From Octopus vulgaris (Eukaryota), in assembly GCA_951406725.2 (NCBI GenBank), contig OX597814.1, positions 2,790,001 through 2,854,000 of the forward strand: DNA of 64,000 nucleotides, written 5' to 3'. The position numbers and the translations under genes are program-made. This document shows, piece after piece, positions 1 to 12,197 of this stretch. Below the pieces are notes generated by a model. The model had not been told where the DNA came from. It was given only the letters and a program-made list of their open reading frames with translations, and searched no databases. Numbering within the stretch: position 1 is the first letter of the stretch; each line of letters begins with the position of its first letter.

Positions 1-495
1 CACGTGTCTCCTACAGTAATCGAGTCGCATGGCCAGTAAACTGTAACCGTTGCTTAGTCAGCGCTTCCTGCAATCTCCCGAATCTGTCCCCCATAAGAAA
101 TGACCTCGACTGAACGTAGACAATATCAAGAGAAGGCGTCCAGCATTTGAGAGGCCTTCACCGTATTTTTTCGGGTTTCACAGGCGTAGATAATTGTTGG
201 TATAATAGATGACTAGAGCTGCAGTTTTATCTTCTTATCAATGGCCCTCAATCTCAATTCCCTATGAGGGTATTGGACTACTGAAATTGCCTTCTCTATG
301 CTGGACTTTAACTTTAGCATGAACATCGTTGGAAAGACAGCCTCTGAGATATATAAAATTTACGACGAACCGAATTTTGTCTTGTCCTAGATAGAGGAGT
401 CGTATTTAGACTCAACCAGTTAAAATGGCTTTAGTCTTTTAGACGCCAATCCACAAATTTACTTTCGCTCCCGAATTGTTCAGGCCATTTGTCAT
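1..495 (-). pseudogene. Decayed RTE-clade LINE reverse transcriptase C-terminal fragment
   Basis: Manual minus-strand translation through stops/frameshifts gives KTKAIL...FIYL-GCLSND...KIKLQL*SSIIPTIIYACET...LDAFS*YCLRS...QRLQFTGH, matching the RTE pattern KTKVM..F.YLGS..KL.LY...YGCETW..LD.F...CLR..RL...GH. Confidence 0.7.
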
Positions 496-614
496 GGCCT
501 GAAGCATATCTCTGTCAGAGTTTTGTAACGGAAAGTAGTGTGCGAATTCCAACGCCACCCGTTTTTCTGGTCTTCGCGTTATTCCATAATTGGTGCTGAT
601 ACATCGCTTTTCGC

Positions 615-714
<100 letters not shown>

Positions 715-805
715 AACACACATATATACATTCACGCATACACAGACACACAGTCACACATATATTTAGATAATGTATACACACACACACATACCACATA
801 TATAT

Positions 806-1020
806 ATGTGTGTGTGTGTGTCTGTGTTTGTCCCCATCACCATTGCTTGACAACGGTTGTTGGTGTGTTTACGTGCCCGTCACCTAGCGCTTCAGCAAAA
901 GAGACCGTTAGAATAAGTACTAGACTTACAAAGAATCAGTCCCGGGGTCGATTTGCTCGACTAAAGGCGTAGCTCCAGCATGGCCACAGTTAAATGGCTG
1001 AAACAAATAAAAGAATAATA
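806..1020 (+). mobile_element. SINE family B, 3' half
   Basis: gtctgtgtttgtcccc...cattgcttgacaac...aaaagagaccg.tagaataagtact...ctccagcatggcc.cagt recurs at 35270-35478, 45705-45805, 49430-49645 and inverted at 53870-54070. Confidence 0.85.
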
Positions 1021-1029
1021 ATAAAAGAA

Positions 1030-1078
1030 TAATAATAAAAGAATATACAGATAGATAGATAGATAGATAGATAGATTG

Positions 1079-1129
<51 letters not shown>

Positions 1130-1131
1130 TG

Positions 1132-1199
<68 letters not shown>

Positions 1200-1200
1200 T

Positions 1201-1230
<30 letters not shown>
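1030..1230. repeat. (GATA)n tract abutting the 3' end of the Tx1-like LINE
   Basis: Direct reading. Confidence 0.97.
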
Positions 1231-1231
<1 letters not shown>

Positions 1232-2949
1232 TGTTTCTTTATTAGCCACACAGGGCTGCACACAGATAGAACAAATTACAAGGTAGAGCTTTTCTTTTGA
1301 AGGTTTAAGAAAAAAAAAAAAAAAAAAAAAAAAAAAGGAAGGGGGAGTTTCGATCAAAAGGGATCGTAAAAGGAGAGAAAGAGGACAAAAAAAAAGGGGG
1401 TTTAAAAAAAAGGGGGGAGGAAAAAAATTGATCAATAGGGATCGTTATCACAGAAATGTCAATATGAAGTGTAAAGGGGAGGACAGGTGAGGTTTACCCG
1501 TGCAAAGAAAAGCCTACGGAAAAGACCACGGTAACCTCGGTCAATGATGTCACATTTTATATTTCTTTTTTTTTTTTTTTTTTGCAAATAAGCAACTCTC
1601 TGTTTTCGATTTCTGGGTTCATAGGACTATGCTCAAGGTGGCTTCGTCATTCATACGTGCCATTCTTGCTACATTCACCCATCTTTTTTTAAAACATTCG
1701 CTAGACAAAACTTGCCTCTCTACTCTCACTTTCCTTTTCAAGTGGTACTTGAAGAAGTTGATGAGAGATTGACCAGAGAGGAAAGTGTTTGTCTCCAATC
1801 CTTTCAGACGCGTCCACCAGATACATTCTTTCGCCATAGCCACAAGGATGATGAAAATAGCTCTTCCTTCCCGTTTGAAGGAAGGAGGCGTGACAATATT
1901 GACGATAGACTCAGCTGATAAACCGACTCGTCCCACACGTGACAGCAGTTGTTCGACATAAGCCCACAGGTCGGAAATTGTTGGACACTGAACGAGTGCG
2001 TGCAGAACGGTTTCGTCGCTCTGACCGCATCTCGGGCAGGTCGGCCCCGTGTTTCTCGAGCCGTGTCTGTAGAGCTTATCCCGAACGGGTAGCGCTTCTC
2101 GGTAGCACTGCCAGGCCAGGGATCTCTGGAAGTTGTCCATGGGCCCTGGCCCGAAAGTCGTCCTGAACAGGCGGGTCAGGTACTCCTCGTCGACGTCCAG
2201 GTTCGCCCCGAGCTCGTCGTCGTACCTCCCCTCCACTAAACCCCTATAGAATGCTTTGGTTGTGTTGAAGTCACTTAAGGTCGACCCAGGACGGCAGAGT
2301 TGCTTGAGGGCAACGCGACACTCGCGGTGCCATTCCCCCTTCCTCGGCCTCTTTTTGATCCACGACTGCAGTTCGGTCATGGAGACGAGCTGCGGGAGAG
2401 CGTGCCTCACAAACGGCGACCACACCTGTTCACCGTCGTCTACATAGAGCCAGAGATGCCGCAGTCTCAGCGCGTGTCTGCGCATCATCAACCACGGCAT
2501 GCCCAGCCCTCCTTTTAACGGGTGTTGACAGCAAATGGATCGCCTGACCATCGGGACGCATCCTTTCCACAAGAAGCGAAAGAGGATGCGTTGTAGTTTG
2601 GTGATGGTAGGGTCGGGACAAGGTACGACGGTCAGGCGGTAGTAGATGACGGACGCGATGTACGTGTTCGCCACCTCCGCTCGACCTTTTAGGGACAGTT
2701 TCCTCTCGGCCCATTGCCGGGCGAGAGTGACCACCCTACTCGTTATCTCGTTCCAGTTCTTCTCCACTTGGAGGTCCGGACCAAACCAGACCCCGAGCAA
2801 CTCAACCGGGCCGTCGGTCCAGCGTCCCACGACGGAGGCGCTGGTGGACGGCATGGGCTTGCTTCTCCAGGTGCCTAGTCGCAAGCCCACTGACTTTTCC
2901 CGGTTGATTTTCGCTCCTGTCACCGCTTCGTAATTTTTCAGTGTCTCGC
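1231..2949 (-). mobile_element. 5'-truncated Tx1/L1-clade non-LTR retrotransposon inserted in (GATA)n
   Basis: Uninterrupted ORF2 C-terminus, T-rich 3'UTR, AATAAA a few bases from the 3' end, (TATC)n at both junctions; near-identical to 17526-18286. Confidence 0.93.
1619..2949 (-). CDS. Tx1/L1-type ORF2 C-terminal part (RT thumb + zf-RVT CCHC zinc finger), 5'-truncated with no native start
   Basis: YEAVTGAKINREKS...LLGVWFG...WAERKLSLKGRA...FRFLW...GGLGMP...CPRCGQSDETVLHALVQCP; the frame is open up to the microsatellite junction. Confidence 0.9.
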
Positions 2950-3018
<69 letters not shown>

Positions 3019-3364
3019 CTGACTGACTGACTGACTGATAGATATAGATATAGATATTTGTAGATACACATATGTAGCAATTTCCATATCATACTTAAAG
3101 CAGACATATTCTTGAAAGCCTACTAAACTGTGGTACTCGTCTGGAGAAGGCATCTCTTCTACACTCATAGCTTAAGACATAAAGAAATTAAAGTGAAGAA
3201 ATATATCAGCTGTCAACGAAAATTACTCAGTAGTGTTTGGGCCATTGATAAATACGTATTTTTGCTTCTTTTAGCAAAATAAGTATTTTAGCTTCATTAG
3301 TAAGTAACCATTAGCAACGCATGCTAAGACAAATCTGGTTGTTAACTGATATCGTTAAACAATG

Positions 3365-3860
3365 ACAGCCAGGTCTATGATGTCGCTTTTAGCCAACATG
3401 ATGAATAAGAATTTGTTGTCGATGAATTGTCGTCGTGAACTGAGTAAAATTTTCTTTAATTGTGAGAGTAAAGCTGCTATGATAAGCATAGTATAACGTT
3501 TGATGGTGAAGTAAGACATATTAATAAAATTTGGTAAATGGAGGTTAAGCTCCACCAGTGGAGGGAACAATATATTTAGAGTAGGTGGAAGACCTGTACA
3601 AGACATAAATGTGAAAATAAAAATGTAACAAAAAGATAAAGTAGAAAAGAATGACTGAAAGGAAGCATAAATGTGTCTGTGCATAAATGGTTTTAGTCGG
3701 GTGATGGTGAGGTTTTGTAGTTTCATAATAGATGCTTTTCAAATGGCTGCATTTTTCGAATAGCTTTGATCCGGTGATTGAATAGAAGCGTTGTTTATGA
3801 CGGTTTTTGATATTCACTTTTTCTCCGCTGTACTTAAGTCACACTTTATATTGCCAAATT
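3365..3860 (-). pseudogene. Possible decayed Penelope-like GIY-YIG endonuclease C-terminal remnant
   Basis: Translation contains RLKPFMHRHIYASF...STLSFCYI...LLSSRRQFIDNKFLF, loosely like the PLE pattern FK.R...H..SF...STTLS.YIW...LLN.R.E....C.H..KF.L. Weak, by eye. Confidence 0.35.
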
Positions 3861-4194
3861 GGCATCGTCACGATCACTCCCGGACTTCTCATTTACTTCG
3901 GAATATAGAGAAGTCGAATTTCTCTGAAGAAATGACACATTGAATAACTGTGAGCAAAATATTCCTTAAAATAAGAGATTATCAGCACGGGAACATTGTT
4001 TTTGATTATAGTTCTACTAAATCAAGTTTGAAAAGGGACTAAACAAAAGCAACAACAACAATACGCATGGTTGACTCAGGCTTGAACTCCTGACTGTGTA
4101 ATTGGCAGTATATGTCCTTAACCACATAACTATCGAGTCTCATTATTTATCTTTCTTTATACCTATATGCAAATATAGATGCATGTTTATGCAC

Positions 4195-4227
<33 letters not shown>

Positions 4228-4269
4228 GATAAGTAAAATATCTATATAAATATTTTGTGACACACACAC

Positions 4270-4309
<40 letters not shown>

Positions 4310-4328
4310 TTTTGGTGAGTAAGTATTA

Positions 4329-4359
<31 letters not shown>

Positions 4360-4885
4360 TATGCTTTCACATAAATATACATATTAATACTTATCCCCCT
4401 TCTCTCTCGCACACACACAACTAAGTGTATGTATGTATGTATATGACCATGTGCTGGAGTGTGAGAGCAAAAGTGTGTGTATTCCTTTATTATTATATCC
4501 GTGACACAATGATAAATTCATATATTCACAAAAATAAAATTGTTTATTGAATTCTTTATCGAAAAACAAAAAACCTACACATAAAAAAATAACAATATTA
4601 CATTGCTATATAATATAAAAATCAACGTCAAGAACAATATCGTGATTTTAATATTATTTAATATTTTTTCAACTTATCAATAATGTTGTGATTTTATAGC
4701 CTCATTATATTTTATAGCTTTTCGGTTTGGAATCAGGAATCGTGCTGGAAATTGTGTCTTTGAGAGATCTGTACTAAGAAATGGGTTGAATATGGTGTAC
4801 ATGTATATATATATATGCATATATATACATACATATAAATACATACATATATATATATAGGTGTGTGTGTGTGTAAGTATTTTTG

Positions 4886-4934
<49 letters not shown>

Positions 4935-4965
4935 GTATATGCACACATATGCATATATATATATA

Positions 4966-5010
<45 letters not shown>

Positions 5011-5299
5011 CGATATGTATTTATGGTCATATATGCATGTATACGTACGCATACATTAATATATTCAAATATTTATAGTCATTTGTATATGAATATTTAT
5101 ACATATATATATGTATTTCATGAGATATATTATATATACATGTATATAGACACACACATTATACATGCATAATGTACAATACATGTGAACATATATGGGT
5201 ATATTAAAATATTTATTGTCACATATAGATATGTATATGCATATATCTCTCTCTCTCGCCCTCTATCTCCCTATATGTATGTATATACATATCCATACG

Positions 5300-5351
<52 letters not shown>

Positions 5352-5362
5352 CGTATATATAT

Positions 5363-5421
<59 letters not shown>

Positions 5422-5739
5422 CACATAATTATTGATTGATTGATTTTTCGTTCACTTTTCCATATTTGTTGGTTTCTGGTTTTATTTGCTGGTAATTTGA
5501 AATGCGAAATTCTTTGAAAATTTGCAACAAAACGTATTTTATGCTCCTCATTAACATTTTTTTGGAGTGACATATTCGCTTTTAACTAACGCTTCGAGTT
5601 TTTAGTTTTCAAATGTAATGTGGCTTTATATCTTGCAAATCTTTGCTGGCTCTTCTTTTTCTTGTTTATGTTGTTGTTGTTCTTCTTGACTTTCTCCTTC
5701 GTTTTCTTCCTCAAATAATACTAATAATGATAAAACAGT

Positions 5740-5761
5740 AATGATGGTGATGATGATGATC

Positions 5762-5794
<33 letters not shown>

Positions 5795-5864
5795 GACATT
5801 ATCGTCATCAGTTTCATCATCATCATCATCACCATCTTAATCATCATCATCGTCATCATCATCG

Positions 5865-5895
<31 letters not shown>

Positions 5896-5905
5896 CATTA
5901 TTATT
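5740..5905. repeat. Compound (ATT)n/(CAT)n microsatellite
   Basis: Direct reading; similar arrays at 6493-6606, 6714-6810, 7032-7530, 24738-24897 and 27770-27915. Confidence 0.95.
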
Positions 5906-5929
5906 ACTTTTAAAGCTGTGATTTGGAAG

Positions 5930-6492
5930 AAACGCTAGAACAATCGGACAAATCCTGTCGTGGTATTTAGCTGTGGCTCTTGACATTCCGATTTCAAATC
6001 CAAACCAAGCTTACATTTGATTTCGTTTTGTCGCCATCTTTAATTTAATATATCACTTAAATTGTTTGGTCGATATAAATGACCAGAATCTCCCCCCAAA
6101 AGTTAGGTTTCTCTTCTATGTTAGAAATTATATTGGGTGACTTGATTGGTAAGAAACGTTGGAAAGCCAGACAAGATGTCTTGCTGTCATTACTCCGGCT
6201 CTTTAATTCTACTTCCAGAATCCGTTGAGGTCAACTTTGCCTTTCATCTTTCGGTGGGTCAATAAAATAAGTTACAAACCGAATGCTGGTGTCGAAGTAC
6301 TTAATTAACCTCTGCGCTTCAAAATTGCTGCCTTGTGCCAGAATCTGAAAAAAAGCTGTTATCATAAGGACGAGTTTATCTTTCATGTTATCAAGGGGTT
6401 CGATAAAAATAATACCAGTTGAGCAGTGGCGTGGATGCAATGGACCAGTCTATTCCCCAAAGTTTCTAACCCTTGTGCCTATAGTAGAAAAG

Positions 6493-6559
<67 letters not shown>

Positions 6560-6710
6560 ACATCATCACCATTATCATCATCATCATCATCATCATCATC
6601 ACCACCATAGTCTTTGCCTTTCACCTCTCTGGGGTCGATAAAATAGGTGCCAGTTGAACATTGCAGCCTCTAGTAAAATTTGCTGGTTTTGTGCCCAAAA
6701 TTTGCAAGCG
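5930..6710 (+). mobile_element. Cluster of old, degraded SINE family A copies
   Basis: Repeated degenerate ctttgcctttcatc.ttcggggtc.ataaaataagt motif at about 6235, 6378 and 6612. Confidence 0.6.
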
Positions 6711-6737
6711 CAATTATTATTATCCCTATTATTATTA

Positions 6738-6810
<73 letters not shown>

Positions 6811-7032
6811 CATTCAGTAGTTTTATTTTTATAGTGTGCTTTCACTTCACTACCGAGCGCAACTCTGTGTGCCTTGGGTATGTGCTGTGATTTGTTGTGA
6901 TGCTCTGATGGTTATTGTATGGAAAGTGTTCTGCGTAGGATGTGTGCAGTGCCTAGTAGTGCAATTTTCTGTATGTTATATGTGTTTGTAAGTCCTGGTG
7001 TTTTTGTTATATATTTGTCTGAATATTTTTTT
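6811..7032 (-). mobile_element. 3' end of an R4/Dong-like non-LTR retrotransposon inserted in (TAA)n
   Basis: KYSDKYITKTPGLTNTYNIQKIALLGTAHILRRTLSIQ* is the typical R4/Dong C-terminus; short 3'UTR with AATAAA; (TAA)n on both sides, the known Dong target. Confidence 0.85.
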
Positions 7033-7087
7033 ATTATTATTATCATTATTATGATTATCATTATTATCATTATTATTATCATTATTA

Positions 7088-7158
<71 letters not shown>

Positions 7159-7349
7159 GTTCTTGTTATTCTCATCTTTTTCCTCATGATTTTAAAATTC
7201 TTATCAGCATTATCAATCATCATCATCAACATCATCATAATTTGTGTATTTGTTTATTCGTCCTTGTAATGTTTTCAAAGTTGGGGGCCCATGTGACCAA
7301 TTTAAAATTGATACTCTTATAATTATTTTCATTATTATTATTATTATTA

Positions 7350-7408
<59 letters not shown>

Positions 7409-7412
7409 GTTA

Positions 7413-7476
<64 letters not shown>

Positions 7477-9061
7477 CATCACCATCATCGTCATCGTCAT
7501 CATCATCATCATCATCATCATTACTATTATTAAAAGTATTAGCTGTAATGTTCGTGGTATTACTGTTGGAATAGTAGTATTTTGATAATAAAACCATCAA
7601 GTCCTTGGCTTTAAACATTTTTGAAAAGAAAAATATTTTTTTTTGTTTCTGCTTTCATCCTCATATTCCACCTTAAGCTTGATTTATACTTGTCCTTCGT
7701 TTCCCCTATCCACATCGTTAGGTTACCTGTCATCTCCCTCCATCTATTCTGGGTTTTTCTTTTTTCAAAATTATATGGAAGGGTTTTGCATATATCGAAA
7801 AATCCTTTTAATATTCTTTACATTTCTTTATTCCATTATAAGCTCTCTTACACTCTCACTTTCTCCTCTATCTATCCCAAGATATCTTTTTCTCCTTTTT
7901 TCCCTCCCCCCATTTTTTCCTAATTTCCATTTTCTTTTTTCCCCTTCACTAAAACCTTCAACAACCGCTGTATTTCATCAAATATATGAAAATTTCAACC
8001 AAAATCGATTAAATTATTAAACAAATTTAATAAATGGAAAACAATTTCAAAACATCAATATGATGAAATTTTTCGGTTAAAAAATTTTGGAACAAAACCT
8101 AAAATCTAAACAAAATTTATTTAAAACTTTTTAAAAAATATTTCAAGAAATGAAATCCTGATCATTTTTTGTCTTTTTCTTTGCTTTTTTTTCTCTTTTT
8201 CTTTTCTCTCAGATGCAGAATAAGGAATTGATGGTTTTATAAACGAAGCCACATATTACTTAATTCTAACCAAAGATCAGAATTGCTCTGGAAATGGATC
8301 AACTGGTGACATTTAAACGAATCAAATTCAGTCCATGATTGAGGATAGAGTTTCAAGTTGACTTGAAAAAATATTTCCTTTTTCTGAAACTGCGAAGTTT
8401 AATTAATATGAATATAAAAAATAATTAGACCAGGAATTACGTTTGGCTTACGAAATTGTCAATATTTGAAAGGCAGCTTGTCATTCTACAGAGCTACTCA
8501 GCTGAATATGATATCCGCCATCATTTTTCTGTTTTTTCTTTCTGTTTTTGCTAATATTAGTATGGCTGTAGTATGTTATTTCTTTGTCTGTTTATATTTC
8601 TGCTTAGAGAGTGATATCCTTCATCCAGCGAAGTAATCACATCGTATGAAGGAAATATGACAGAGAAAGGTACTTACGCTAGGTGTTGTTGAGTTGTTTA
8701 GGTAACTGTCATGAAGGATATAAATCTATTATGTACGTGTTGTTTAACTACTTACGTTCCACAGACGTATCGTAGTCTGAATTCCTTTGAAAAACTCCAG
8801 CGATCATTTTATTATCAATTGATAATTACTGTTTAAACAAACATTATATTTAATTATATCCATTATATCCTTGATCGATACATTCAATTTGTCTCTCTCA
8901 GACCGATTGGTCATATTGCTCATTTAAGTTCGTGAGACGAGTGTGGAAGGTTAAAACAAAAACCACCTGAGGGGACTTAAATCTGCACGGGCAATACAGT
9001 CCCTGTTTCGCATTGTGAGAAATGACATACATAAACCATTTATCTAAACCACATACATATG

Positions 9062-9120
<59 letters not shown>

Positions 9121-9128
9121 ATAGATAG

Positions 9129-9180
<52 letters not shown>

Positions 9181-9181
<1 letters not shown>

Positions 9182-9463
9182 GTTTCTTTATTGGCCACAC
9201 AGGGCTGCACACAGATGGGACAAGTTACAAGGTAGAGCTTTTCTTTTGGGGGATGAAAAAAACAAAAACAAAAGAAATAAAAAAATAAAGGTGGCGTAGG
9301 TTTTCGATCAAAAGGGATCGTAAAAAGGAAAAAAGAACAAAAAAAAGAAAAGAAAAAAGAAAAAAAAGAAAAGGAACAAAAGAAAAGAAAAATGAAAAAA
9401 GAAGAAAAAAGACGGAAAAAAAGGGGAAAGAGGAAAAAAACGATCAATAGGGATCGTGTAACC
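9181..9463 (-). mobile_element. Short 3' fragment of the Tx1-like LINE (diverged variant) in (GATA)n
   Basis: agtttctttattggccacacagggctgcacacagat matches 1232-1267; (GATA)n at 9121-9180 and 9464-9481. Confidence 0.9.
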
Positions 9464-9524
<61 letters not shown>

Positions 9525-9690
9525 GTACAGGAGTGACTGTGTAGTAAGAAGCTTGCTTCCCGACCACATGGTTCAGAGTTCAGTCTCACTGCGTGGCACC
9601 TTGAACAAGTGTCTTCTACTATAGCCTCGGACCGCAAAGCCTTGTGAGTGGATTTGGTAGACGGAAACTGAAAGAAGCCCGTCGTATATA
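9525..9690 (+). mobile_element. SINE family B 5' part (tRNA-like head + CORE-like ccttg..caagtg)
   Basis: Same sequence at 35087-35215, 45530-45690, 47517-47682 and 55505-55670; inverted at 24980-25090 and 54340-54503. Confidence 0.85.
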
Positions 9691-9711
9691 TATATGTATA
9701 TATGTGTGTGT

Positions 9712-9998
9712 GAAGGCATATGGCCTAGTGGTTAGAGCAGTAGACTTGCGGTCGTGGGATCGCGGGTTCATGTGTGTGTTTATGAGCGAAACACCCAAGC
9801 TCGACGCGGCTCCGACAGAAGGTAATGGCGAAACTTCTGCTGAGTCTTACGCTACAACTTTCTCTCACTCTTTCCTCCTGCATCATGCAGCTCACCTTCG
9901 ACGGAAAGGCGTCCCGTCCAGGTGGAGAACCTATACGCCAAGGAAACCAGGAAACCGGCCCTTATGAGTCACGTGTGACTCGAGAAGAAAGAAACAAT
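9712..9998 (+). mobile_element. tRNA-derived SINE, family C-like head with a different (V-domain-like) body
   Basis: Box A tggcctagtggtt; head similar to 30663; body ggcgtcccgtccagg resembles the V-SINE domain (recalled, not searched). Confidence 0.65.
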
Positions 9999-10080
9999 GT
10001 GTATGTATGTATGTATGTATGTATGTATGTATGTATGTATGTATGTGTGTGTGTATGTATGTGTCTGTGTGTGTCTATGT

Positions 10081-10112
<32 letters not shown>

Positions 10113-10119
<7 letters not shown>

Positions 10120-10240
10120 TAATCCAAACAAGAAAACAAAAGGACAACAACGCGAGGACGTGGAACAAATAAAGTATTATTGGACGCTCAGGAAAGAAGG
10201 GAAGAAGGAGGGTTTGACGTTTCGAGCGGGGCTCTTCATC
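10113..10240 (-). mobile_element. Hammerhead-bearing repeat (family H2), truncated inside the ribozyme core
   Basis: Minus strand GATGA-A-GAGC-ccc-GCTC-GAAAC-GTC; flank homologous to 23665-23800. Confidence 0.7.
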
Positions 10241-10813
10241 CACGTACACACACACACACACAAACACACACACATCTATATATATATATACACATGTGTG
10301 TATATATGTATACACATATATATGTATGTATCGAGAGATAGAGGCAAAGCCAGAGACAGAGGCAGGGATAAAGAGGGAGAGAAGGCGATAGATCTCAGGT
10401 ATACAGCCAAAGACTCGAGAGGATTAAATATTGAATGATCAATCAAATAGTTAATAATCATTTAAATATTAAATGATCAATCAGTTATTGATTATTTCTG
10501 CATTTACAATGTAAAATAATTACATCTGAAAGCCACATAACGATAACAATTTTTCATTCATCGAATAATCAATTTTTAAATTTCCCTGTTCTTCCGTTTA
10601 GATATCTATTTCCAGATAGTTGTGTGCGTGGTTCGATTTCTTCTTGACTGGGCTGTCAGTATTGCTGTGGATTAGACCAAAGGTTCTTAAATTTTTGGGC
10701 CACCGCCTCCCTCGTGGCCACATATTACCCTCAGCGACACGCCCCTAGTTGTGTCAATACACGAACTCACATAAAGAATCTTGCAAGCCAGCTCCCAAAA
10801 CGAAATAAATATT

Positions 10814-11051
10814 ACAGTTCAAAATTTAAGAGATGAGAAATTATGTGCATTATTTATATTATTTACATTTGTCGGATATTTGTCATCATCTTGTTACTTG
10901 CTAACACAACGTTTCGGCTGATATACCCTCCAGCCTTCATCAGGTGTCTTGGGGAAATTTCGAACCTTGGTCCTCATTCCTAAGGTATTTTTCGATGTTG
11001 CTATTATTATCATTATTATCATTATTATCATTATCATTATCATTATTATTA

Positions 11052-11116
<65 letters not shown>

Positions 11117-11317
11117 AATAATAATAATAATAATAATATTTTTATTATTCAGGTCATTGCCTGGAATCCTACTCGGAATCTTAGGGTTAGTAGCCCGCTC
11201 TCTTAACCACTACGCCATATGTCCGTGGGCTCCTGATGAAGGCTAGATGGTATATCAACCGAAACGTGTTAACAACAAACAATATCAGAATACAGATCCG
11301 TCAAATGTAAATAATGT
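10814..11317 (-). mobile_element. tRNA-headed hammerhead element (family H1) with inverted tail copy
   Basis: Minus strand: tRNA-like head (about 11150-11225), (TAA)n, tail with hammerhead; inverted tail at 11230-11317; 11-bp TSD AAATAAATATT (10803-10813, 11318-11328). Confidence 0.85.
10903..10948 (-). ncRNA. Minimal type I hammerhead ribozyme (predicted)
   Basis: GACAC-CTGATGA-A-GGCTG-gagggtatat-CAGCC-GAAAC-GTT^GTGTT: stem I GACAC/GTGTT, stem II GGCTG/CAGCC, palindromic loopless stem III. Confidence 0.82.
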
Positions 11318-11599
11318 AAATAAATATTTTTTATTTTACTAATTCATCCTATGAATCATTTGATATTTAATATATTATATAATTTGTATACAATACTATA
11401 ATAATTCCCCTAATTCACTGCCTTCCTCCCTAACGCCTCCATTTCTTCTACTCCCCACCGTCCCCTTAGATACCAGCGTCTATCCGGACCGTCTCAACGT
11501 CCACGGGGGCTGGTAGCGCCCACATTGAGAACCTATGGATTAGACATTCAGAAGTCCGCTTCGCCTGAAGTTTATTTATATCAACAATTTCTAAACAAA

Positions 11600-12010
11600 C
11601 AGTGATGATTATTAACGGTTGTTCCTACCTTACCTGTTTCAAAATTCTGGGACACGCATTTTTTCTCCTCACACCCCACACCTCGCAGAACAAGTCTTAT
11701 TGCCGGTGGGTGCCGCAATATATGTTTTGAACGGTCTCCTTTACCTAAAGTGCGAACGCGTCCCATGTTAACCCATGCAATGGACGATGTGGTATAGTTA
11801 CTTTCTCGAGCTCTTTTCATAATGCAATGTTTGGTGGTCGTATTCGGACCAGGCACCAGGTTGACCTCAACCGGAAAGTGTGATGACTGTTGATTCTGAT
11901 AGGATCCTATGGAGGAGGTGCCTGGGAGTTTTACACCCAGAACCAACCCAGAAATAGGGGACGGAGAAAATGAATTGATGGACCCCAAGGATGACAAAAG
12001 TAAATTCTGT
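11600..12010 (-). mobile_element. Possible degraded 5' end of an RTE-like LINE
   Basis: ORF-track peptide contains IAWVNMGRVRTL, loosely like the APE endonuclease start (IATWNVRTL). Weak. Confidence 0.25.
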
Positions 12011-12197
12011 TACTGGAAATTATATGAAACGTTGAAAATGTTTCTGATACACTGATTAAATTAAGATTCTCCTTTCAAAAACTTTTGGCAGAAGGGAAAG
12101 AAGATAGAAACGAGGAATATGGTGAATTTTTTCAGGTATAAAGGTTCACGGAATTGATTTAGAGAAATATAGAAACCATTGCAAAGCCGAGGATGTA

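Larger units (their letters stand above)
10678..11537. mobile_element. Non-autonomous hAT (Charlie-type) element hosting a nested insertion
   Basis: TIRs CAAAGGTTCTTAA / TTGAGAACCTATG; exact 8-bp TSD GATTAGAC at 10670-10677 and 11538-11545. Confidence 0.88.
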
